The notes under the pieces are model-generated. The model was not told the DNA's origin. It did not search any database and saw only the letters and a program-made list of their open reading frames with translations. Shown in pieces: positions 24,136 through 34,217 of a stretch of 64,000 bases of DNA (positions are counted from its first letter, which is position 1; each line of letters begins with the position of its first letter). The translations under genes and the position numbers were made by a program. The stretch comes from Macrostomum lignano (lineage: Eukaryota): assembly GCA_002269645.1 (NCBI GenBank), contig NIVC01001868.1, forward strand, positions 163,784 through 227,783, given 5' to 3'.

Positions 24136-24967
24136 TTGCTAGAGGCAACTTTCATCCAAAGCTGGTAAGAACTCTGTTTGCATTGTGACGGTCAAATTGA
24201 TACATGAACGGTGTGAAATACAAATTTTATATACAAAAATAACTTATACTTCACAGGCTACTAACAGCACATAAGGGGTGCATTTCTCAGTTTTATATCG
24301 GGTTAAAAATACAAATAATTAATTAACGACAGATCTACGGACTTTTAAGTGTTTCCTTTCTTAAAGAATTAACAAAAAATAATGCATTATAGTGGAATAC
24401 GATATCATATATTTATAAATCATAAACCGGCTGTTTCTAGCCCTATTGACTAAAAAAATGTATCACAATAATGTAATAAAAATACCAAAGGCTGAATGAA
24501 ACTTCGAGATCAAATTGGACTTACGTACATCATAAAACTGCTAGCTGGAATAAAAGGCTGAATATATTACTAATAAACAAGTAAATAGTAGCACCAAGTC
24601 TTGAGCTAGACTATTTTTAATAAAAAAATTAATTAAGTAAATTAACTCTTGAATATAAAAAAGCCAATATATAAAAAAACTAATGAAAATATTTATACCA
24701 AAAGACTGTAGTAAAATATATTGCCAGAGCAATACTAGTTTACTTTACTGACTGACAGCTTCAGGTGTAATTAAATGTGATCTATAGATATTTTAAAATA
24801 ATGTCAGCTGGCGCATGCATACTACTAGCAGTACGATAATAAGAAAAAGCTTATTGCAAATTTAGTATAGTGCAAACTTGATACATAAAATATTAACTGA
24901 TAAAAGAGCCGCTTATAGGCAATAAGATTTAGAAGGCCTCAAGGCCGCAACGACGGGTTGCTTCCAG

Positions 24968-25300
24968 TGAAAATCAGATCAAAATCTGCCATTCTCAGGG
25001 ACTGAAAATCTGATCAAAATCTGCCATTCTCAGGGACTGAAAATCTGATCAAAATCTGCCATTCTCAGGGAGTGAAAATCTGATCAAAATCTGCCATTTT
25101 CAGGGAGTGAAAATCTGATCAAAATCTGCCATTCTCAGGGAGTGAAAATCTGATCAAAATCTGCCATTCTCAGGGAGTGAAAATCTGATCAAAATCTGCC
25201 ATTCTCAGGGAGTGAAAATCCGATGAAATCCGCTATACTCAGGGAGTGAAAATCCGATGAAATCCGCTATACTCAGGGAGTGAAAATTCGATGAAAACGG
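24968..25300. repeat. 35-bp minisatellite just downstream of the crk stop
   Basis: Unit GAAAATCTGATCAAAATCTGCCATTCTCAGGGAGT. Confidence 0.9.
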
Positions 25301-25390
25301 CAAGTCTCAAAAAGTGCAGTAAAACTGTCATAACATAAAATATCGGTCGCAGAATTCGCCACAGAATACAGAACGCCCAAGATTCAGGTG

Positions 25391-28300
25391 TCACAGAGCC
25401 ACAGCAGTGCTCTCAACGTACTCGTCAAGAGTACAGCCAGATGCCTGGCTGACCCGATTGCCCGGCCGACAGGAGGCGGCGCTGTTGCTTGACAAGCCGG
25501 AATGTCGGCAGTGGTCAGCGTGATGCTCCTGCGACAGCGGTCGCACATAGTTGAAGGGGAACACGCCCTCGGCTTTAGTTCGCAGGTTCACTCCGTACCA
25601 CAGCTCGGGACTGTTTGGGTCCATCTTTTTCACCCGGATGTGGTCTCCGGGTTCCATCCGCAGCTGGCTGGGATCGAATATATTCGGATTGCGAGGCCGT
25701 ACAACTTCTACATCGAATGGCAAGTTGAGCTGGAGGAGTACGGCGAATTTGCCGTCCTCTCCGCCAGGATTGCTCTGGCGAAGGCACGACTTTGGCACGC
25801 AGCCAACTTCACCTGCAAGTGGGTAGGTCTGGGGCAGTTAGTAAATTGCTACCCATGCTGATCAGTCAGCTACCCATGCTGATCAGTCAGCTATCCATGC
25901 TGATCAGTCAGCTATCCATGCTGATCAGTCAGCTACCCATGCTGATCAGTCAGCTACCCATGCTGATCAGTCAGCTACCCATGCTGATCAGTCAGCTACC
26001 CATGCTGATCAGTCAGCTACCCATGCTGATCAGTCAGCTATCCATGCTGATCAGTCAGCTATCCATGCTGATCAGTCAGCTATCCATGCTGATCAGTCAG
26101 CTACCCATGCTGATCAGTCAGCTACCCATGCTGATCAGTCAGCTACCCATGCTGATCAGTCAGCTACCCATGCTGATCAGTCAGCTACCCATGCTGATCA
26201 GTCAGCTACCCATGCTGATCAGTCAGCTATCCATGCTGATCAGTCAGCTATCCATGCTGATCAGTCAGCTATCCATGCTGATCAGTCAGCTACCCATGCT
26301 GATCAGTCAGCTACCCATGCTGATCAGTCAGCTACCCATGCTGATCAGTCAGCTACCCATGCTGATCAGTCAGCTACCCACGCTGATCAGTCAGCTACCC
26401 ACGCTGATCAGTCAGCTATCCATGCTGATCAGTCAGCTACCCATGCTGATCAGTCAGCTACCCACGCTGATCAGTCAGCTACCCATGCTGATCAGTCAGC
26501 TACCCATGCTGATCAGTCAGCTATCCATGCTGATCAGTCAGCTACCCATGCTGATCAGTCAGCTACCCATGCTGATCAGTCAGCTATCCATGCTGATCAG
26601 TCAGCTACCCATGCTGATCAGTCAGCTACCCATGCTGATCAGTCAGCTACCCATGCTGATCAGTCAGCTACCCATGCTGATCAGTCAGCTACCCATGCTG
26701 ATCAGTCAGCTACCCATGCTGATCAGTCAGCTACCCATGCTGATCAGTCAGCTACCCATGCTGATCAGTCAGCTATCCATGCTGATCAGTCAGCTACCCA
26801 TGCTGATCAGTCAGCTATCCATGCTGATCAGTCAGCTATCCATGCTGATCAGTCAGCTACCCATGCTGATCAGTCAGCTACCCATGCTGATCAGTCAGCT
26901 ACCCATGCTGATCAGTCAGCTACCCATGCTGATCAGTCAGCTATCCATGCTGATCAGTCAGCTACCCATGCTGATCAGTCAGCTATCCATGCTGATCAGT
27001 CAGCTACCCATGCTGATCAGTCAGCTATCCATGCTGATCAGTCAGCTACCCATGCTGATCAGTCAGCTATCCATGCTGATCAGTCAGCTATCCATGCTGA
27101 TCAGTCAGCTACCCATGCTATCCATGCTGATCAGTCAGCTACCCATGCTGATCAGTCAGCTACCCACGCTATCCATGCTGATCAGTCAGCTACCCATGCT
27201 GATCAGTCAGCTACCCACGCTATCCATGCTGATCAGTCAGCTACCCACGCTATCCATGCTGATCAGTCAGCTACCCATGCTGATCAGTCAGCTACCCACG
27301 CTATCCATGCTGATCAGTCAGCTACCCATGCTGATCAGTCAGCTACCCACGCTATCCATGCTGATCAGTCAGCTACCCATGCTGATCAGTCAGCTACCCA
27401 TGCTGATCAGTCAGCTACCCACGCTATCCATGCTGATCAGTCAGCTATCCATGCTGATCAGTCAGCTACCCATGCTGATCAGTCAGCTACCCATGCTGAT
27501 CAGTCAGCTATCCATGCTGATCAGTCAGCTACCCGGAAACCCAGCTAATTTGTCAATCTCACCCGTATTCTTTTTCAACACGTGCCACCACTCGGCGTCT
27601 TCTGCTCCGTCCGGCTTGGTGGCCACATCCAGGAACAGAACGCATTCGTTGCGGCGCAGGCCAATCGCAGAGGCATCCGAATCGGGCCTGTAGTCAATTT
27701 TAACCCGGTAAACGGGTCGCGGCGCCTGTTTGATTGAGACAATTTTTAATGTTAAATAGCTTTGCTGGCTACTGATAGTAGGTGAAGTGAAGTGATGTCT
27801 TATAATTGGCTCGAAAAAATATTAAAAAATGAAAGCTAATGTGGCCATGACACACACAATGACAAAATCAAGCTCACAGGAACAGTTAAGGTGGAATCAA
27901 CCAGCTTATTCTTCTTATAGTAGTTCAGTATATCCTGAATGAATAGAAATTCAGTTGGACCAATTCTGAACTTGAAGCCATCGCTGTTTTTGCGCGGCAA
28001 AACAACTATTTTGTAGTGATTGGTCTGCTGCGTGTCCCTGAAATTCAAGTTATTTGTGAATTATGATTAGGTTTTAGCGAGCTGTTGGGACTAATGATAA
28101 TTAACAAGGATTTAGAAACTCACCGAACACTCAGAACAAAACTACCTCGTTCAGTTTTGCTGGCACGCACAAGGTACATGCCAACCTGGCCGCTCAGTAG
28201 AATCTCATTGGCCTGCTCTCGATTTATGCTGCCAAAGTACCAACTAGAATGGGGAAAATATTAATTTGCTTTGTTAACAGTGTTGTAGATAAAGCGAGAG

Positions 28301-28613
28301 AAAAGGGAGAGAAAAGGAGAGGCATGGCACCCCAGCTGATAAGATTTATGCTTGTCTCAAATCTTAATTTAACTCAAATTTAGTCTATTTTTGTTTAATT
28401 GTCGATCCTAACAAATGTTTGTTTGAATGAGCTTAGATTTAAGAATTTATACAAACATAGTTCTAGGGATTGAAACTACAGGTTCAAAACCATGGGTTTC
28501 AACAGCTTTTTTATTGAAAAAATCTAATATAGCTAAAACAGCCAAAACCTTTGCAATAAGAGCCTAAAAACATTTTTTAAGCTTGAAACATACAAGGAAT
28601 AGGGATTTGCCAT
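25391..28613 (-). CDS. crk: Crk/CrkL/CED-2-like SH2-SH3-SH3 adaptor, 294 aa
   Basis: Exons 28613-28594, 28243-28124, 28037-27878, 27725-27563 and 25812-25391 (885 nt, all GT-AG, phases consistent). SH2: WYFGSINREQANEILLSGQVGMYLVRASKTERGSFVLSVR...FRIGPTEF...LNYYKKNKLVDSTLTVP. N-SH3: ...EWWHVLKKNTG|EVGCVP. C-SH3 PFDVEVVRPRNPNIFDPSQLRMEPGDHIRVKK...GVFPFNYVRPL has the atypical Crk C-SH3 signature. Confidence 0.88.
25849..27533. repeat. 21-bp minisatellite filling crk intron 4
   Basis: Unit CTACCCATGCTGATCAGTCAG, about 80 copies. Confidence 0.97.
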
Positions 28614-29435
28614 TTTTGCTATCTCTTGCTATAAATTGTATTGGTAATTTCTTTGCTCTTATAGCAGACAATTTTGCATATTAACAGTAGAACTACCAAG
28701 AGGGTGGGGACATTCCCCCCTGACTTTTCCCCCCATTCCCCCCTTGCTGCGCCGGAACGGAGCAACGCAGGCACACGAAATTCAAGACCATGGACTAACT
28801 TCTTGTTGCGCACCTTCTCGAGATATTTGACAACAATTCTGCCAGAAGGTCAGATTTTTCCCATAAGCCTTAGTGTATTCAGTATACCCCTGTGTGCCAA
28901 TCAGCACTGCACCTCAATGCAGCTTTGCCAAGTCTCCAAATTTCATCAGCACATCGACCGCATGTGTCCGCATCAGCTCTGACTTCATTAGTCACTAGCC
29001 TTCACCCAGGCGGAGCTTCTGGAGCTTCAACAGGTGGCACCAGGTGACTATGGACACGCTGTTGCAAATTTTCTAGTTTCGCTGATAAAGTCTCGACAGT
29101 GGGCAAAAATCAACTGCTGGACATCATCACCTAGTCTCTTGAGCATTCCGTCATCAACCCGATGCCGTCGGCACCTTCAACAGATGACACCAGGTGATTA
29201 TGAGTAGCCTGATAAGAATTTCTTGAGTTTTGCTAATCAAGCCTCGACAGTAGGCAAGCCTTAACTGCTGGACATCCTCAGCTAGTCTCTCAAGCATTCT
29301 GTCATCACCCCGATGCCGTTGGCACCTGGGGTGCGCGCATTGAAACGCTACACTTACTATTTTTCGTTTTCGTTTTTGGGGGCTATAAATTCAAACACGA
29401 GTGACATTAGAGAGTCTAAAGTTTAAATACAAAAT

Positions 29436-30330
29436 TTGATTCCATTTGCTCTTAAAAAGGCCAAGTACGAGGAGATTCGAAAAAAGATAGTCGAAAAGCT
29501 TCGCGCGGATAAGAAGCCAGCGTCAATTGCAAGACAGCTTGGTGTCTCAAGAATGCGAGTCTACCGAACCAAAAAGCTCCTTAACGAGACTGGAGACACG
29601 AAAGCTCGGCATGGCGGTGGGCGCTCCCGCACATCTCGCACTGCTGCCACGATTCGAGCCATAAAACAACGGATTCATCGAAATCCCAGGAGGAGCATCC
29701 GGCATCTGGCACGTGACTTTAGCATGGCTGAGTCCACGATGAGGAAACTCATCAAAGATGACCTGGGCATGCACAGCAGGGCTGTTGTTGCCCGGCACAG
29801 TGTGTCTGCCAACCAGAAGCGCTGTCGTGCAGAGAGGGCCAGAGGTCTGCTGGACTGGCTAAAGTCCCATGGTGGACTCGTGCACGTCTTCCTGGACGAG
29901 AAGCTGTTCACCATCGATGCTGTCGTCAACAGGCGAAATGATCGCTGCATCGTCTCTGGGCCAGTTTCGGAGCTCCCAAGCAATGTTCGGGTGATTCGAC
30001 ACTGCAAGCACCCTGCCTCGGTGATGGTTCTGGGCGTCATCATGTCTGATGGCCAAAAGTGCCCACCAATCTTCATCGAGGCTGGTGTGAAAATTAACTC
30101 GGCAACGTACCAGGAGCTACTGAGGACACAAGTCTTGCCCTGGTTGCAGCAGAGGTACATAGGAGGTGACTATGTGTTTCAGCAGGATGGCACTCCAGCT
30201 CATACTGCGAGGACAATGCAGGCGTTTTTGGCAGCCAACTTCAGCAATTTCTGGAGTAGGGACATCTGGCCTCCCTCATCGCCTGATTTGAACCCATTAG
30301 ACTTCTATTTCTGAACGCGTGTGGAGAGGT
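29436..30330 (+). mobile_element. Tc1/mariner transposase, DD37D (maT) type; inactivated and 3'-truncated
   Basis: N-terminal HTH (IARQLGVSRMRVYR) and catalytic motifs VFLDEKLF, QQDGTPAH and WPPSSPDLNPLDF, with 37 residues between the 2nd and 3rd Asp. No in-frame ATG at the start, TGA at the conserved Trp position (30312-30314), and the frame stops at the Penelope-like insertion. No right TIR seen. Confidence 0.88.
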
Positions 30331-30379
30331 AGAGAGAGAGAAGAGAGGTCATGGTGTATTAAAATATTATTTTAGAAAA

Positions 30380-30421
30380 TTGGCTACCGGTTTCAAGCCT
30401 CTGGGCTCTTTGTCAGGTCAA
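30380..30421 (-). ncRNA. Minimal type I hammerhead ribozyme of the Penelope-like element (mutated core)
   Basis: Minus strand reads TTGAC-CTGACAA-A-GAGCC-CAGA-GGCTT-GAA-ACCGGT-A-GCCAA. Core boxes are CUGAnnA and GAAA, stem II is GAGCC/GGCTT, stem III is the palindrome ACCGGT with a GUA cleavage triplet, and stem I is TTGAC/GCCAA. Deviations: G8 is A, and stem I has one mismatch. Confidence 0.7.
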
Positions 30422-32003
30422 AAATCTGTGTGTAATGCAAAGCAAGTTGGTCTTTAAAGTACTATTTTTCTTAGTCTGATGATAAAATTGATGAGTAGTT
30501 GTACATATAACTGGGATGTACATTTAAAACCCTGTTTTGTCTAGCTCTAACTTGACCCAGAGGCTTTTCACCATTCATTTCAATTGATAGTATATTATAT
30601 AAAAATGTTTTTTTCGAAGTACTATACGATTAGATGAAATGCCGGTATTGAAGGTAGGAGCATAAAAATCAATATTTGTGCATACAATCAAGTAGTTTGG
30701 ATAAAATAAATGACAAAGTGAAGAAATATTGTACTTCAATAGGGTAAAGTGAGCACATTGGTTAAAATGATTCAATGGTTTCCTGGCTAAGACTTAAATT
30801 ATTGGGAGCCAGGAGGCTCTGTAAATTATATTGCCATGTAAATGCAGGCAGTATGTGGGAGCCTGTTTTTTGTAGCTTATCAAAGTTTTTAGCAATCGTG
30901 TTGGCCAGCCAGACCATAGATAGGTGAAAAGGAAGGACCAATGGAATGGGTTGGAGAAGATGATTGTCAACCCTGATGTTCGTACCCGGCAGTTTGTCAG
31001 ACCACAGTTTTTTAATCCAGATTTCTTCCCTTAGTTCGATTTTGTTGTTATTAAGAACCTGTTCAATGGCAATAGTGACAAAGTTTGCAATCGAGTGATT
31101 GGGAGTGAGAAAGTGCTCTGACCCCAAAGTAACAATTCTCCTGTTAATATTTGACCTGTGCTGGTTCATTTTCTCTTATTGTTCTTCTAGTCATACCTAC
31201 ATAGAGGATTTTCCCAGGGTGGCACTGGTTATAGGAGATGCCATAGATGCTCTTGGAGCCACAGGATAGGCTCTGAGAGATTAAGAAACTGGAAGCCAGT
31301 CCCAGTCCCTGGGCAGAGAGAGCATGCAATGAATGGGTGCAGCATTTGCAGCGGGATGACCCACAAGGATGGAACCCTTTGAGGAAGCAGACCCAGATTG
31401 GTCATTGGTCTTGCAGTCTAGTTCATAAGTTAAAGGACCTCCTTTTTGCAGTTTCTAAGAAAAATCTTCAAGTAGCCTAATTACTTGAGTTCCAATTTTA
31501 AAGAATTGAAAGCATCGTTGAAAGACTTGTAGTCATCATAGATTCGAGCGTACCAAAGGACTTGGGATTTTACTACCCCCTTGAAAGTGTGTGACGGATG
31601 GAAGGATTGTCAGTACAGCAATCTATGAGTGTCTGTTTCTTTTGAAAACAGTTGTATTGTGAAGCGGTTTTCAGCTTTCTTGATTGATGGTCCTGTCAAG
31701 GAAACTGACCTTAGTTGATAAGGAACTGATGGTGAGTTTAATGTTGGGGTTGATTGAATTCAGGTATCAAACAAATTCTGTCAGAGCTTCAGCCAGGTGG
31801 TCCCAGTGAATGAAGATATTATCTATGTACCTAAAATAATTTTTTGGCTTATAAAGAGCAGTTCTCAAGGCAGTTTCTTCCCAGAGGCTCATGAAGAGAC
31901 AGGCATAGCTAGGCGTAAAGATGCACCCCATAGCTGTGCCTCTAAGTTGTAGGAAGATCATTTTGTCAAATTCAAAGTCATTCCTATACAAACACAGTTC
32001 TAG

Positions 32004-32703
32004 CAAGGACGACTTAAGTAGAAGGACGGGAAACCTCGTTTCTTAGAAAAGTTTTGAAGGCACTTTTTCCCGAAAAAATACACTACGGAGATAGGAAGTT
32101 TTCATTTTTTTAGCACAAAAATTGTTATTGCGTTTGATAGGAGGCAGATCCAGTGTTCATCTTTTGATATGTTGTGCCTTTTTTATTGCTCTATCGATAT
32201 TTATAAAGCTTTTCGTTCAGAAAATTAGAATTCTATGTTAATTTTTGATTCTACGTATATTTCCTGTATCTAAAAATCACAAAAATGCATGACACAGCTC
32301 TAATATTTGGTTTTATAAACCTATTTTATCATCTCTATTACAAATATTTGCTACATAGTTGGGTAAGAATGATAAAAAAAACTCATGAAGCTAAAGAGCC
32401 GAGCCGTGGCATTCTAATGTATTTCAAGCACAAGACACGCGAAAATATACATAGAATCAAAAATTAACATAGAATCCTAACTTTCTGAACGAAAAGCTTT
32501 ATAAATATCGATAGAGCAATAAAAAAGGCACAACATATCACAAAAGATGAACACCGGATCTGCCTCCTATCAAATGCAATAACAATTTTTGTGCTGAAAA
32601 AATGAAAACTTCCTATCTCCGTAGTGTATTTTTTCGGGAAAAAGTGCCTTCAAAACTTTTCTAAGAAACGAGGTTTCCCGTCCTTCTACTTAAGTCGTCC
32701 TTG
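32004..32703. mobile_element. Non-autonomous hAT-type MITE (700 bp) inserted in the Penelope-like RT
   Basis: Inverted repeats of about 250 bp (CAAGGACGACTTAAGTAGAAGG... / ...CCTTCTACTTAAGTCGTCCTTG) and a perfect 8-bp TSD AGTTCTAG (31996-32003, 32704-32711). Removing it rejoins the RT frame (KLLE|LCLYRNDF). Confidence 0.9.
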
Positions 32704-34217
32704 AGTTCTAGTAGCTTTATTAACTTAGCATCTGGTCTAATGGGATCCGGGTATCAGTTAAAGAATTCCTAGATCACTGCAATGCCCTGGTCTATAAGGA
32801 TCATGGAATAGACTCTCGACATCACAAGTTGCCAGAGTTGAAATTTCTGTGTAGCATTTATCCATAAGGTGTGCCTTGAAGTCATAGGAGTCCTTAATGA
32901 AAGTGGGTTGTGCTTGGGCAATTGGTTTAAGAAAGAAGTCTGTACTTTCTGCCCCAATAGCTTCAGAACTGTATCTGCTAACAATAGGTCTGCCTACTAG
33001 GACCTGAAAGGGGATCAGCCAGGTGGCCGGGTCCTTGTAAATTTTGGGGAGCAAGTAGAAATGCCAGGGATGGAAGTTCTCTCTAGGAGAAAGAAAAGAA
33101 AACTGTTTCTTAGTTATGAACTTTCTATTACATGTCTACCAACCAGAAGCACAGTCATAATTAGTAATATTTATTTTGGTGTATTTTTGTATGCGATAAA
33201 AAGTTTGTTGGTATACATGAGCTACAGAAGCAATTTTTATTCTGGCATATACAGTGGTAGGCCTACACAATCCTGACCCTAGTAGTTTGACAAGATAGAA
33301 ATACATAGCAATGATTATACCTTCCTCATTAGGGGATGAAATGGTTTATCTTAATAAATGCAAATTAAAAAAATTAATTCACAAAATGCAACTTACTCTT
33401 CAGTCCCTTTCATACCCAATTTTGAAAAATCAGGCATCATGATATTGATACTGTGAAATTATAATTTATGATAGCTATTAGTAAAAAACTGATTACTGTA
33501 AAATCTTTGAGTGGTTTTTGTTTTGCTTTATTGAATAGGGGCCTAGGAAGACAGACTACAGTGTAGCGTTGCGTTGCCTCAATCTAATCTGGTTAAATAA
33601 TCCTATGACTATATTTTTACAAAAATACTGGCAAGGACTAGGCCCTTTACTTTCCTTTTATTTTTTAAGCACGCAAAAAATCAATACTTTAAGTAAAAAA
33701 GTAGTAAACGAGATAACTAATATAATTAATATTATATTAATAACAATAACGCAACCTTAAATTGATATTTTACACTCCTTGCAGGATATAGAGAGACGGG
33801 GTATATTGATTTAGACGAACTAAGCTAAACACGTTAGCAATTTTTACACGATTTAATAATACGAGCTTCTTACACTGGTTGTGTCAATATTTATTTGATA
33901 TTTATAGATTAATATTAAGTTATAATTTACCACTATTCTATAATTCTAAAACCATCAAAGCCTCTAAGGTAAAGTCACAGAAGTTTTAGTTTAGTTAATC
34001 TATGCTTTTTTCTTAATAATTTTTGCAGAATTTTAATTTTTGCAGAAAGTCTCATTTTATATTGCCTGGTTTTATGGTGTAGTCTCAAACAGAAATTTCA
34101 TGACAATGTACGAAACGAAGGAAATTTAATATAAGTTGTTTCTACAATTCAGACGTAGACCCTGTTTTTTTTATAAAAAATTAAGTTACATTTAGCAATA
34201 TCTAGACATTCAGGAAA

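Larger units (their letters stand above)
30331..33090 (-). mobile_element. Penelope-like retroelement (Neptune-type), 5'-truncated and frameshifted
   Basis: Fragments in order: RT (FYLLPKIYK...GRPIVS...TCDVESL; QLRGTAMG...YFRYIDN; VSFLD), a Cys-rich linker CGSSRCKCC typical of the Neptune clade, GIY-YIG endonuclease (IYGISYNQC...LYVGMTRRTIRE...HRSNI...HF...LREEIWIKKL), and a 3' tail carrying a hammerhead motif. Confidence 0.88.

Noticed and set aside
25792-27693. 633-aa plus-strand ORF (LPMLISQ repeats)
   Set aside because: Translation of the 21-bp minisatellite, which happens to lack stops in one frame. It lies in crk intron 4, antisense to crk.
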